A stretch of DNA of 64,000 nucleotides from the NCBI GenBank assembly GCA_043821265.1, contig JBDRCY010000015.1, positions 10,558 through 74,557 of the forward strand, in the 5' to 3' direction. Shown one piece after another: positions 10,979 through 20,683 of this stretch. A program made the translations under genes and the position numbers. How positions within the stretch are numbered: position 1 is the first letter of the stretch; each line of letters opens with the position of its first letter. The notes below the pieces were generated by a model, which saw only the letters and a list, made by a program, of their open reading frames with translations, did not search any database and was not told the DNA's origin. This DNA comes from Chloroflexota bacterium (lineage in GTDB: Bacteria; Chloroflexota; Dehalococcoidia; Dehalococcoidales; JBDRCY01).

Positions 10979-11045
10979 ATAAATACTCCCGGGATAAGCT
11001 GGCCGACGAGTAATCCAAGATGTTCACACCGAGGATAAATAAGGG

Positions 11046-11402
11046 CTAAGCGCGCCCGTAGTCGTCCTGGACCCTGACCACATCCTCCAGCTCCGGAGTG
11101 GACACCTCCAGCAGGGTGGTATCCTCTATGGCCTGAAGACGGTGCCTGGTAAAAGGGGGAATTCTCACACAGTAACCGGGCTCAGCTACAGTAGATACCA
11201 TCTCCCCATCGCTCCCCTCCACCTCCATCAGCGCCTTACCCTGGTAGATGTACATGCTCTCATCCTTTTTCTCATGGTACTGGAGGCTGAGGCGGTGGCC
11301 TCTGGCAATAAAGATTACCTTGCCCACATACTTTGGCGTACGGGCAAACAGCAGTTCAAAGCCCCAGGGCTTCTCTGTCTTTTGGGGAAGTTTATTTGCC
11401 AT
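11046..11402 (-). CDS. Cupin-domain protein (type II phosphomannose isomerase C-terminal cupin-like)
   Basis: 118 aa. KPWGFE...GKVIFIARGHRLSLQYHEKKDE...G.A matches the mannose-6-phosphate isomerase type II cupin signature. It lies next to the phosphomannomutase gene. Confidence 0.7.
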   Translation of the reverse strand: MANKLPQKTEKPWGFELLFARTPKYVGKVIFIARGHRLSLQYHEKKDESMYIYQGKALMEVEGSDGEMVSTVAEPGYCVRIPPFTRHRLQAIEDTTLLEVSTPELEDVVRVQDDYGRA

Positions 11403-11446
11403 AGTTGATTCCTCTCCTTGGAGACCATTTAGCTATGCCGCGAAAG

Positions 11447-12871
11447 TCAGACCCCGGCCAGCCTCCTGCCCGCCTCCAGCAGCCGGCCTACCCGGCCCAG
11501 GCTGTCACTCTCGGCATAGATACGCAGCACCGGCTCCGTGCCGGAGAACCGGATAAGCAGCCAGGTGGTATCCTCCAGGACAAAACGGAAGCCGTCCGCA
11601 GTGTCAAATTTTATTACCTTAACCCCCTCGATAGACTCGGGGGCGTTATCCCTGATACGCTGCTGTATGGCCCCACGCTCACCGGCGGGGAACTCGATGT
11701 CCACCCGGTCATAATGGTGCGGCCCCACCTTACTATACAGGTAATCGATGAGCGCCGACGGGGTCTTACCCGTCTTCAGCATCAGGTCGAGGAAATAGAG
11801 GCCGGACAGGACGCCGTCACGCTCCGGCAGATGCCCCCGGTAGCCATAGCCACCGCTCTCCTCACCACCGATGAGAGCATCTTCGGTCAGCATCACCGGG
11901 GCAATATGTTTAAAGCCCACCGGCGTCTCATGAACCGGCACGCCGAACATCTCGCCCAAACGGTCGAGCATGCTGGTCGTATTTATGGTCCTGACTATGG
12001 CACCCCGCTCACCCCGCACCTCCAGCATGTAGAGGGCCAGCAGGACGAAGACCTGGAGCTGGGTAAGGTAGTTGCCGTTCTCGTCCACGATACCCAGCCG
12101 GTCGGCGTCGCCGTCGACGGCCACGCCCACGTTAGCCCCGGTTTCCTTAACGGCAGCGGCAAGCCCGGCCAGATTGGCGGCAATCGGCTCCGGCTGCACC
12201 CCCCCGAACAGGGGGTCACGCTCACTGTTTATCTCTATAATCTCGATACTACCGCCGCCCAGCAGCCGCTTAAAGTAACCGATGCCGGCGCCGTACATGG
12301 GGTCGATAACCACCCTGAGCCTGGACTGGCGCAGCCCCTCCAGGTCAACCAGCCGGGACAGTTGCTCCAAGTAGACTGGGGCCAGGTCGAGATAGGCCGC
12401 CAGGCCCTGCCGGACTGCTTCCGCCAGCGGTATTCGGTTTATCTTTCCGCCGGCAAAAGTATGAGAAATATTCTTTTCCAGTTCCGCGATTACCTCAGTA
12501 GAGGCGCTGGCACCGTCGCCGGTCTTATATTTAAAGCCGTTCCAGCGGGCCGGATTGTGGCTGGCGGTGATGACGATAGCCCCACCCGCCTTCCGCGCCA
12601 TAACACCGTAGCTTATCGCCGGAGTTGAAGTGGCCTCCGGGCAGAGGGACACCTTTATCCCGTTGCCGCTAACCACCTCGGCGGCGGCGGCGGCGAAGTC
12701 CTCGGAGGCAAAGCGGTTATCGTAACCGATAATCAGGCCATCAGAGGAAAGACCGGCCTGTTTGAGGTAATCAGCCACACCCTGGGCGCAGATACGCACA
12801 TTATCGAAAGTGAAATCCTCAGCGATGATGCCGCGCCAGCCATCGGTGCCGAACTTGATGGGGTTATATAT
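11447..12871 (-). CDS. Phosphomannomutase/phosphoglucomutase (alpha-D-phosphohexomutase); 5' end uncertain, probably a non-canonical start
   Basis: Active-site TASHNP and Mg loop AVDGDADR are present. The conserved N-terminal KFGTDGWRG is encoded upstream of the first ATG/GTG/TTG (GTG at 12799). The frame is open up to 12871 (stop TAG 12872-12874) and offers only ATA (12871) or ATC (12859) as possible starts. Confidence 0.85.
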   Translation of the reverse strand: MYNPIKFGTDGWRGIIAEDFTFDNVRICAQGVADYLKQAGLSSDGLIIGYDNRFASEDFAAAAAEVVSGNGIKVSLCPEATSTPAISYGVMARKAGGAIVITASHNPARWNGFKYKTGDGASASTEVIAELEKNISHTFAGGKINRIPLAEAVRQGLAAYLDLAPVYLEQLSRLVDLEGLRQSRLRVVIDPMYGAGIGYFKRLLGGGSIEIIEINSERDPLFGGVQPEPIAANLAGLAAAVKETGANVGVAVDGDADRLGIVDENGNYLTQLQVFVLLALYMLEVRGERGAIVRTINTTSMLDRLGEMFGVPVHETPVGFKHIAPVMLTEDALIGGEESGGYGYRGHLPERDGVLSGLYFLDLMLKTGKTPSALIDYLYSKVGPHHYDRVDIEFPAGERGAIQQRIRDNAPESIEGVKVIKFDTADGFRFVLEDTTWLLIRFSGTEPVLRIYAESDSLGRVGRLLEAGRRLAGV

Positions 12872-12929
12872 CTACCTCACCCCCTCGTTGCCCCCGGTGC
12901 CTAGGGCTCTTGCGCCTCCAGGCCAAAGC

Positions 12930-14138
12930 CTATAGACCCGCCTCTTTCCGCAGGATGTCGGCCTTGTCCGTCCTCTCCCAGGGCAGGTCGAGGTCATTAC
13001 GCCCGAAGTGTCCGTAAGCAGCCGTCTGCCGGTATATGGGGCGGCGCAGGTCGAAGTGCCTGATAATAGCCCCGGGCCTCAAGTCAAAGTGCTTTTTCAC
13101 CAGGTCGAGTATAAGCGACTGGTCAACCATGGCGGTGTCAAAGGTCTCTATAGCGATGGAAAGCGGATGGGCAACGCCGATTACATAGGAGACCAACATC
13201 TCCAGGCGCTCCGCCAGCCCGGCAGCCACTATATTCTTGGCCACATAGCGGGCGGCGTAGGTGGCCGAACGGTCTACCTTGGTCGGGTCTTTACCGGAGA
13301 AAGCACCGCCGCCGTGGCGGGCAATGCCGCCATAGGTATCGACCAGAAGCTTGCGTCCGGTAAAACCGGTATCGGATACCGGCCCTCCGACAACAAAACG
13401 ACCGGTAGCATTGACAAAATAGTTGGTAGCGTCATCCAGCAGCGAGGCCGGGACGATTTTCTTAATCACCAGCTGAATAATGTCCTTCTCAATCTGCTCA
13501 TGGCTGACATCGGGGTTGTGCTGGGCACCGATGACGACACTATCCACCCGCTTGGGGACGCCGTTACTGTATTCCACCGTTACCTGTGATTTGCCATCGG
13601 GACGGAGGTAGGGTAAGACCCCCTCCTTCCTGACCTGAGCCAGGCGCCGGCTCAGCTTATGCGACAGAGAAATGGGCAGGGGCATCAGCTCCGGCGTCTC
13701 GTTGCAGGCAAAGCCCACCATCATCCCCTGGTCGCCGGCCCCAATCTCGTCAAGCTCATCGGAGCTGGCGGCCGTCTTCACCTCCGCTGCCTTGTCCACC
13801 CCCAGGGCAATATCCACGGACTGCTCATTGATGGAGACCATTACCCCACAGGACTGGTCGTCAAAGCCATATTCGGGATTGGTATAGCCCGCATCGCGGA
13901 CTACACCCCGGACTACCCGGGGAATGTCAACATAGCAACTGGTGGTGATTTCACCGAGGACGATTACCAGACCGGTAGTCGTCGCCGTCTCACAGGCGAC
14001 CCGGCCATACGGGTCCTCCGCCAGGATAGCATCGAGAATGGCATCCGACACCTGGTCGCACAGCTTATCAGGATGGCCCTCGGTCACCGATTCCGAAGTA
14101 AGCAGATATTTGGATGAGCTACTAAAAGTATTGGCCAA
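12930..14138 (-). CDS. metK: S-adenosylmethionine synthetase
   Basis: 402 aa. [36 protein letters not shown] and [16 protein letters not shown] motifs. Confidence 0.97.
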   Translation of the reverse strand: MANTFSSSSKYLLTSESVTEGHPDKLCDQVSDAILDAILAEDPYGRVACETATTTGLVIVLGEITTSCYVDIPRVVRGVVRDAGYTNPEYGFDDQSCGVMVSINEQSVDIALGVDKAAEVKTAASSDELDEIGAGDQGMMVGFACNETPELMPLPISLSHKLSRRLAQVRKEGVLPYLRPDGKSQVTVEYSNGVPKRVDSVVIGAQHNPDVSHEQIEKDIIQLVIKKIVPASLLDDATNYFVNATGRFVVGGPVSDTGFTGRKLLVDTYGGIARHGGGAFSGKDPTKVDRSATYAARYVAKNIVAAGLAERLEMLVSYVIGVAHPLSIAIETFDTAMVDQSLILDLVKKHFDLRPGAIIRHFDLRRPIYRQTAAYGHFGRNDLDLPWERTDKADILRKEAGL

Positions 14139-14156
14139 ATCTTTTCCTCCCTTTAC

Positions 14157-15419
14157 TTAAGTACCTTCTTCCCAACTGGTCAGGTATTTCCGCTGCTCAG
14201 CGGTCAAGCTATCGATGTTTATGCCCATAGACCCCAGCTTTAGCCCGGCTATCTGCCGGTCAATATCATCCGGCACCGAGTAAACCCTGGTCTCGAGTTT
14301 GCCCCTGTTCTTAACCATATACTCCAGGCATAGCGCCTGATTGGCAAAGCTCATGTCCATAACACTGGCCGGGTGGCCCTCCGCCGCCGCCAGGTTGATT
14401 AACCTGCCCTCTCCCAGCAGATACAGGCAACGGCCATCGGACAGGGTGTACTCATCAACGAAGGGGCGGATGCGCCGCTTACCCCGGCTCAGGCCCTCCA
14501 GGGCCGGGATATTGATTTCCACATTAAAATGCCCGCTGTTGGCCAGAATAGCCCCGTCCTTCATCGCCTCAAGGTGGGCCTGGTCTATCACATGCTTGTC
14601 CCCGGAGATGGTGATAAAGATATCACCCACCCGGGCGGCCTCGGCGAGTGGCATGACCTCGTAGCCGTCCATAACTGCCTCCAGAGCGCGCAGCGGCTCC
14701 ACCTCGGTTACAACCACATGAGCACCCAGTCCCCTGGCCCGCAGGGCTATACCCCGCCCGCACCAGCCATAGCCGCAGATTATTACTTTCTTCCCCGCCC
14801 ACAAAATATTGGTAGCGCGAGTGATACCGTCTATGGTGCTCTGCCCGGTACCGTAGCGATTATCGAACAGGTATTTGGTCTGGGCATCATTGACCGCAAT
14901 CAAGGGGTACCTCAGCTTGCCCGCCTTCTCGAGGCTGCGCAGCCGGATGACGCCGGTGGTGGTCTCCTCCGTACCGCCGATGACATCACCAATCAGTTCG
15001 CTCCGTTTGGTGTGCAGGGTAGTAACCAGGTCGGCACCGTCATCAACGGTAAGCTGGGGTCTATTATCCAGGGCCGTATTAATATGCTTATAATAGGTTT
15101 CCTCATCCTCTCCCTTGATGGCATTAACCGGGATATCATATTCCACCAGGGCGGCCGCCACTTCATCCTGGGTGCTCAAGGGATTGGAGGCACACAGGAC
15201 GAGGTCGGCACCCCCTTCCTTCAGGGCCAGGGCCAGGTTCGCCGTCTCCGAGGTAACATGAAGACAGGCCGCAATGCGAATACCGCTAAACGGCTTCTCG
15301 GCACCTAACCGCTGTTTAATCAGCTTCACCACCGGCATCTCACGCGAAGCCCACTCTATATACGCGCGGCCGGCTTCAGCCAGAGATAAGTCCTTAACAT
15401 CATAATTAGACGAGGTCAT
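14157..15419 (-). CDS. ahcY: Adenosylhomocysteinase
   Basis: 420 aa. [34 protein letters not shown], and the NAD-binding GYGWCGRG motif. Confidence 0.95.
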   Translation of the reverse strand: MTSSNYDVKDLSLAEAGRAYIEWASREMPVVKLIKQRLGAEKPFSGIRIAACLHVTSETANLALALKEGGADLVLCASNPLSTQDEVAAALVEYDIPVNAIKGEDEETYYKHINTALDNRPQLTVDDGADLVTTLHTKRSELIGDVIGGTEETTTGVIRLRSLEKAGKLRYPLIAVNDAQTKYLFDNRYGTGQSTIDGITRATNILWAGKKVIICGYGWCGRGIALRARGLGAHVVVTEVEPLRALEAVMDGYEVMPLAEAARVGDIFITISGDKHVIDQAHLEAMKDGAILANSGHFNVEINIPALEGLSRGKRRIRPFVDEYTLSDGRCLYLLGEGRLINLAAAEGHPASVMDMSFANQALCLEYMVKNRGKLETRVYSVPDDIDRQIAGLKLGSMGINIDSLTAEQRKYLTSWEEGT

Positions 15420-15448
15420 CCATCACTCCCTTTTATAAACTGTACCCG

Positions 15449-15530
15449 CCCGTTTTGGGCCGAACACAACCGAGTTAACTGTATATATCTGTCCGTTTTG
15501 GGCTGAACACAACCGGGTTAGCTATATACA
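15449..15530 (-). repeat. Two tandem copies (43-bp period) of a hairpin-containing element in the ahcY-metK 5' leader
   Basis: Minus-strand copies are ..GCTAACCCGGTTGTGTTCAGCCCAAAACGGAC.. and ..AGTTAACTCGGTTGTGTTCGGCCCAAAACGGGC... Each folds as GGUUG-UGUU-CRGCC followed by CAAAACGG. Confidence 0.6.
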
Positions 15531-15568
15531 GTCTAACATATATTCGCCGATAGTGCTGGCCGGCCTGC

Positions 15569-16597
15569 CTAAGTCCGGGTGTTTTTTAGCTTCTCCGACA
15601 GCTCAGCCAGTAGCTCCAGTGCCCGATTGGCTGGCTCCTCGTCGGTCATGGAGGCCAGCCCGCAGCTGGGGGTAAGCAAGCCCTGCCTTACCAGCTGACC
15701 GAAGCGGACACCGGCCCGGGTAAAGGGGGCCATCGCCTCCTCCAGGCGGTCTTTGAGACTGCTCGCCGATTCACCGGCCAGCGCTGTCTCATCGCTGGGA
15801 ACAATACCCCAGGCGATAGTGCCCCCCCTGTCCAGGAATTTCTTTACCTCGGCGGTATAGAGGCCTAAAGACTGGGCATAGCCATAGGCATCGAAACTGA
15901 TGATATCAACGGTGGTATCCATTAACACCGGCCAGTCGGTATTACCGCAGCAGTGTACTCCCTTAAGCCCGCTGATGCCGCCGAAGACCTCGTCCAGCAG
16001 GGCGATAACCCTCTCCCGGGACAGCATGACCGAAACCGAGCCAAAGGCAGACATATACGGCTCATCGAGGAAGATGATGGTGTTGGCCGACAGGCGCTTT
16101 AATTGCCTCTCCTGCCAGGCTGCCTTGAGACGGAGCAGCCTGGGCACGGCATCGCCCAGCACATCGTCATAAAGAATGGCCCGGCCACTATCATCGGTCA
16201 CCGTCAGCCCCCAGGTCACCGGCCCGGCCACCTGACCCTTAACCGCCCACGGCTTTAAATCTCTTTCCGCCAGAAGAGCATGAAGACCGGCGGCATACTC
16301 CCGAGTAACGGGGTATCTATCGACATCGTCCGCCAGATAGGCCGTGTAGAGTTCCTCCAACGGCTTATCCTGACCCTTCGAAGGGTCTATATACATCCTC
16401 TCCGCCTCCAGCACCACCCCGGGAAAGCCCTCGCTGTACTGGGCATACATGTTCTCCCGGAAAGAACGCCTGGGTAGCTGCGCCCAGGCCGGAATATCCT
16501 TCAGATAGCGCAGTATCTGCCGGTTCACCCGAGCCGGGTCGGTATGGGGCATGCTGCCGATAATGGTGGGCCGGAGGTTAAATTCAACATGAGACAT
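15569..16597 (-). CDS. MetE C-terminal-domain-like Zn methyltransferase (short 'core' methionine synthase type)
   Basis: 342 aa, roughly half the length of canonical MetE. Putative Zn ligand motifs GVHCCGNTDW (H-x-C) and LLTPSCGLA (C). It sits between ahcY/metK and mtnP/mtnA. Confidence 0.65.
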   Translation of the reverse strand: MSHVEFNLRPTIIGSMPHTDPARVNRQILRYLKDIPAWAQLPRRSFRENMYAQYSEGFPGVVLEAERMYIDPSKGQDKPLEELYTAYLADDVDRYPVTREYAAGLHALLAERDLKPWAVKGQVAGPVTWGLTVTDDSGRAILYDDVLGDAVPRLLRLKAAWQERQLKRLSANTIIFLDEPYMSAFGSVSVMLSRERVIALLDEVFGGISGLKGVHCCGNTDWPVLMDTTVDIISFDAYGYAQSLGLYTAEVKKFLDRGGTIAWGIVPSDETALAGESASSLKDRLEEAMAPFTRAGVRFGQLVRQGLLTPSCGLASMTDEEPANRALELLAELSEKLKNTRT

Positions 16598-16650
16598 GAG
16601 GTTTATGCTTCTCCTGTATTCTACTTCCCTAAACGGGACAGCCGGTGAGA

Positions 16651-17514
16651 TTAAGAAATATATTTACCTATTATCAACTTGAGCCGCTCCTTCTGCTGGG
16701 TCGGTATCAGCTCGGGAGAGGTAACGATAGCCGTCTCCAGCGCATGAGCACAATCACAATCACGCTTGTCCGGCAGCCCGGCCACCGCCAGGGCGATAAT
16801 CTCCCTGGCCGCAGCCACATTACGGCTCAGGGTACTGATGATCATGTCTATGGTAACCGGCTCGTTACTCTCATGCCAGCTGTCGTAATCGGTAACACAG
16901 CCGATTACCGCGTAACAGATTTCCGCCTCCCGGGCCAGCCTGGCCTCGGGCAGCGCCGTCATGCCGATAATGTCCGCCCCCCAGGAGCGATAGAGCCGCG
17001 ATTCGGCCCGGGTGGAGAAGGCCGGACCCTCCATAACCAGATAGGTGCCCCGGGGATGGACGTTAGCCCCCACCGATGCAGCGGACTCAAATAGAACAGT
17101 CCTCATCACCGGACAAAAAGGCTCGGCGAAGGCGATATGGGCCGCGATGCCCTCGCCGAAAAAGGAATCGACCCGGCCCCGGGTACGGTCAATAAGCTGG
17201 TCGGGGATAAGCAAATCGCCGGGTTTTATCTCCTCTTTAAAACTGCCCGCCGAGTTAACGGCGATAATACGCTCCACCCCCAGCGACTTCAGGGCATAGA
17301 TATTGGCCCGCACCGGCAATTCACCGGGCAGGAGGCGATGCCCCTTACCATGCCGGGGCAGGAAGGCCACGCCAACCCCCTCCAGGTTACCGACGGTGAT
17401 GGCACCGCTGGGCCTGCCGAACGGTGTAGTTATGTCAAGTTCCTCGATACCGGTCAGCCCCGCGATATCATAAAGCCCCGTCCCCCCGATAACCCCTATC
17501 TTAGCCTGCGGCAT
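16651..17514 (-). CDS. mtnP: S-methyl-5'-thioadenosine phosphorylase
   Basis: 287 aa. IGVIGGTGLY, FLPRHG..H..P..., and TALPEA.LAREAE.CYA motifs of the MTAP/PNP family. Confidence 0.9.
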   Translation of the reverse strand: MPQAKIGVIGGTGLYDIAGLTGIEELDITTPFGRPSGAITVGNLEGVGVAFLPRHGKGHRLLPGELPVRANIYALKSLGVERIIAVNSAGSFKEEIKPGDLLIPDQLIDRTRGRVDSFFGEGIAAHIAFAEPFCPVMRTVLFESAASVGANVHPRGTYLVMEGPAFSTRAESRLYRSWGADIIGMTALPEARLAREAEICYAVIGCVTDYDSWHESNEPVTIDMIISTLSRNVAAAREIIALAVAGLPDKRDCDCAHALETAIVTSPELIPTQQKERLKLIIGKYIS

Positions 17515-17553
17515 GAGGCAACCTCCTCGAACCTGTAAATATAACCCGCCACC

Positions 17554-18597
17554 TCAAACTATACCCTTCAGCCCCTGCTCATACGGTTCCCTTATTATAC
17601 CCCTTTCGGTGATGATGGCGGTGATGTAGCGGTGGGGGGTAACATCGAAGGCGGGGTTGGCTGCCACAATACCTTCGGGGGCAATGCTCACCCCCTGAAT
17701 ATGGGTCACCTCGCCAGTGCTGCGCTGCTCGATGGTGATTTCATCACCCGAGGCCAGCGCCCGGTCAACGGTAGTGGTGGGAGCGGCGATATAGAAGGGT
17801 AAATTATTCTCCCTGGCCAGCACCGCCAGGGTATAGGTGCCTATCTTGTTGGCCGCATCGCCATTGGCCGTAATCCTGTCGGCACCCACCAGCACACAGT
17901 CTACCTGCCCGCTTTTCATAAAATAGCCCGCCATGGAGTCGGTAATCAGGGTAACCGGAATATCCGCCCTCCTCAGCTCCCAGGTGGTAAGACGCGCCCC
18001 CTGGAGGAGAGGACGGGTCTCACCAGCCAGCACCTCCACCCTCTTGCCCTGCCGATGGGCCTCTATTATCACCCCCAGGGCGGTACCATAACCGGCGGTA
18101 GCCAGGGGGCCGGCATTGCAATGGGTAAGGATGGTGAAGCCGTCACCGATTAAATCAGCCCCCAACTGGCTCAGCCTTTCCGTGGCCTCGACCTCCTCCG
18201 CCTGTATGGCGGCAGCCTGAGAAATGAGCGCCTCTTTGATTTCGTCAATATTCTTACCGGTCCGGGCGGCGCTCTCCATGCGCTCGATGGCCCGGAACAG
18301 GTTTCGGGCGGTGGGCCGGGTGGCGGCAATGATCTGGCTTACCTGATGAAGCTTATTCCGGAAATCATCGGGTGAGCCGGCCTCTATCTCGCGGGCACCG
18401 AGAACGACGGCATAGCCCGCCGCCACCCCGATGGCCGGAGCACCCCGTATCTTTAATTCCTTGATGGCCGCAGCCAGGCTACGGTAATCATCAAGCTCAA
18501 GGTAGACCTCTTCATGGGGCAAGCGGGTCTGGTCGATAATCCTTACCCGGTCTCCCAACCACTCGATAGGCGGAACACTAACTAAGCCCACTATCAC
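17554..18597 (-). CDS. mtnA: S-methyl-5-thioribose-1-phosphate isomerase
   Basis: 347 aa, eIF-2B alpha/beta/delta-like. IIDQTRLPHEEVYLEL, IRGAPAIGVAA, THCNAG.LAT, VGADRI.ANGD.ANKIGTY. Confidence 0.9.
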   Translation of the reverse strand: MIVGLVSVPPIEWLGDRVRIIDQTRLPHEEVYLELDDYRSLAAAIKELKIRGAPAIGVAAGYAVVLGAREIEAGSPDDFRNKLHQVSQIIAATRPTARNLFRAIERMESAARTGKNIDEIKEALISQAAAIQAEEVEATERLSQLGADLIGDGFTILTHCNAGPLATAGYGTALGVIIEAHRQGKRVEVLAGETRPLLQGARLTTWELRRADIPVTLITDSMAGYFMKSGQVDCVLVGADRITANGDAANKIGTYTLAVLARENNLPFYIAAPTTTVDRALASGDEITIEQRSTGEVTHIQGVSIAPEGIVAANPAFDVTPHRYITAIITERGIIREPYEQGLKGIV

Positions 18598-18709
18598 TAC
18601 CCCCTAATAAAGGAGACTGGCAGTTCCAACACGCTGGAGCCTCCCCCGTCTCAGGATACCGAGAGGCCGCTTAAACTGCCAGCCGAGATTGCTTCTAACC
18701 GGCCTACGT

Positions 18710-20281
18710 TTACATAGGTATTATGCCGTGCTTCTTTTTCGGCCTCTCCTCCACCTTGCCCATCAGGGCTTCCAGCGCCTTTATCAGAATCGGCCTGGTC
18801 TGTGCCGGGTCAATGACATCATCGACATGCAAATCGGCGGCGGACCGATAGGGATTGGCGAACTTCTCCCGGTATTCCCTTATCTTCTGCTCCCGGGCCT
18901 GTGCCGGGTTCTCGGCATTCTGTATATCCTTGCGGAATATTATTTCGGCTGCGCCCTCCGGCCCCATGACCGCCAGCTCACTGGAGGGCCAGCAGAACAC
19001 CAGGTCGGTCCCCATTTCCTTACCGCCGGTGCCCTCGTAGGCACCGCCATAGGTCTTGCGGATGGAAACGGTTATCTTGGGCACCGTCGCCTCGGCATAG
19101 GCAAAGAGCGTCTTGGCGCCGTGGCGGATGATGCCACCCCACTCCTGTTTGGTCCCCGGCAGGTATCCGGGCACATCAACCAGATTGATGAGGGGGATAT
19201 TAAAGGCATCGCAGAACCGGATGAAGCGAGACGACTTATCACAGGAATTAATATCCAGGCACCCGGCCTTATACATCGGCTGATTGGCCACCACGCCCAC
19301 CGTCCAGCCATTCAGCCGGGCGAAACAGGTGATAATGTTGCCAGCGAACAGCGGGAACACCTCGAAGTAGTTCTGCTTACCATCCGTCCTCTGGTCGAAT
19401 ACCCGGCTGATTATTTTATGCATATCATAGGGTTTACGGGGATTGAAGGGAACAATATCAAACAGGGTGTCGTCGGTGCGCTCCGGCGAGTCCCCCCAAT
19501 CGACCCGGGGCGGTACGTCCCTGTTGCTCAAGGGCAAATAGCCCAGCAGCTCCTTTATGTTCTGGAAACACTCCTCCTCGCTATTCTCAGCGCGGCAGGC
19601 CACGCCGGCCTTCTTCTGGGCAGTCACCGCCCCACCCAAGTCCTCCTCGTTGACCTCCTTCCACATAACCGCCGCAATCACCCGCGGCCCGGTGATGAAG
19701 GCATGGCTTATCCCCTTGACCATGAAGATGAAATCCATCAGGGCCGGCGAATATACGGCGCCCCCGGCACAGGGGCCCACGATGGCGCATATCTGCGGTA
19801 TTACCCCGGAGGCCCAGGTGTTGCGCTTAAACATCTCACCGTAGCCGCAGAGCCCCTCCACACCGTCCTGAATCCGGGCGCCACCGGAGTCGTTAATGCC
19901 GATAACCGGGCAACCGACCTTCATGGCGGCATCCAGCACATCGGCTATCTTCTTGCCGTGTATCGCCGAGAGGGTACCCCCCATGCTGGTAAAATCCTGG
20001 GAGTAGACAAACACCTTGCGGCCGTCTACCTTGCCGTATCCGGTAATCACGCCATCGGCCGGTACGTCGGGATAAGAGGTGCCCCGGTTCTTGGCAAACA
20101 TCCCCAACTCCTGGAACGTCCCCTCATCCAGCAACAGGTCAATTCTCTGCCGCGCGGTCAGCTTGCCCCGCTTCTTCTGGCTTTCGAGGCGCTTCTCGCC
20201 CCCCATGCCCAATATCTCCTCCCGGCGTCTCTTGAGATCGGCTAACTGATTATCCTTACCCTGTTTCTCTAGCTTGTCCAT
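18710..20281 (-). CDS. Acyl-CoA carboxylase carboxyltransferase subunit (propionyl-CoA carboxylase beta / methylmalonyl-CoA carboxyltransferase 12S type)
   Basis: 523 aa. KLTARQRIDLLLDEGTFQE, DFTSMGGTLS, GPCAGGAVYSPALMDF, PKITVSIRKTYGGAY. Confidence 0.9.
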   Translation of the reverse strand: MDKLEKQGKDNQLADLKRRREEILGMGGEKRLESQKKRGKLTARQRIDLLLDEGTFQELGMFAKNRGTSYPDVPADGVITGYGKVDGRKVFVYSQDFTSMGGTLSAIHGKKIADVLDAAMKVGCPVIGINDSGGARIQDGVEGLCGYGEMFKRNTWASGVIPQICAIVGPCAGGAVYSPALMDFIFMVKGISHAFITGPRVIAAVMWKEVNEEDLGGAVTAQKKAGVACRAENSEEECFQNIKELLGYLPLSNRDVPPRVDWGDSPERTDDTLFDIVPFNPRKPYDMHKIISRVFDQRTDGKQNYFEVFPLFAGNIITCFARLNGWTVGVVANQPMYKAGCLDINSCDKSSRFIRFCDAFNIPLINLVDVPGYLPGTKQEWGGIIRHGAKTLFAYAEATVPKITVSIRKTYGGAYEGTGGKEMGTDLVFCWPSSELAVMGPEGAAEIIFRKDIQNAENPAQAREQKIREYREKFANPYRSAADLHVDDVIDPAQTRPILIKALEALMGKVEERPKKKHGIIPM

Positions 20282-20683
20282 TTAATGCTCCACCAGTTCA
20301 ATGAGTATCTTGGTCGCTTTGGGGTGCAGGAAAGCCACCTTGCTACCCCCGACGCCGGTCCTCGGCTCATTGTCCACCAGGGGGATATCCTTGGACTTTA
20401 GCGCCTCCAGGGCCGCCTTGACATCATCGACCTCCAGGGCGATATGATGTATGCCCTCGCCCTTCTTCTCGATATATTTAGCTATCACTCCCTCCGGCGA
20501 TGTGGACTCGATGAGCTCAATCCGGCTATTACCCACCGGGATAAGCGCCGCCTTGGCCTTCTGCTCCTCCACAATCTCCGTCTCTATATGCTCCGGGTCC
20601 AGTCCCAGGATGAGAGCATACGGCTTCATGGCCTCCGCTACATCCCTAACGGCCACCCCGATATGGTCAATTTTTACGCGCAT
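20282..20683 (-). CDS. mce: Methylmalonyl-CoA epimerase (VOC/glyoxalase fold)
   Basis: 133 aa. IDHIGVAV.D...A...Y...[23 protein letters not shown]. Its start overlaps the 3' end of the upstream MCM small-subunit gene. Confidence 0.85.
   Translation of the reverse strand: MRVKIDHIGVAVRDVAEAMKPYALILGLDPEHIETEIVEEQKAKAALIPVGNSRIELIESTSPEGVIAKYIEKKGEGIHHIALEVDDVKAALEALKSKDIPLVDNEPRTGVGGSKVAFLHPKATKILIELVEH

Noticed and set aside
10918-11045. SOS/LexA operator upstream of uvrA
   Set aside because: I found no convincing inverted repeat of the GAAC-N4-GTTC or CTGT-N8-ACAG types. Only a GGCGCGCC palindrome is embedded in the promoter spacer, and that is too short and GC-generic to call.
18689-20245. 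518-aa plus-strand ORF almost exactly antisense to the carboxyltransferase gene
   Set aside because: The translation is low-complexity (Gly/Pro/Leu/His/Arg-rich) with no recognisable motif. The minus-strand partner has unmistakable carboxyltransferase motifs. Long stop-free antisense frames are expected in GC-rich coding DNA.
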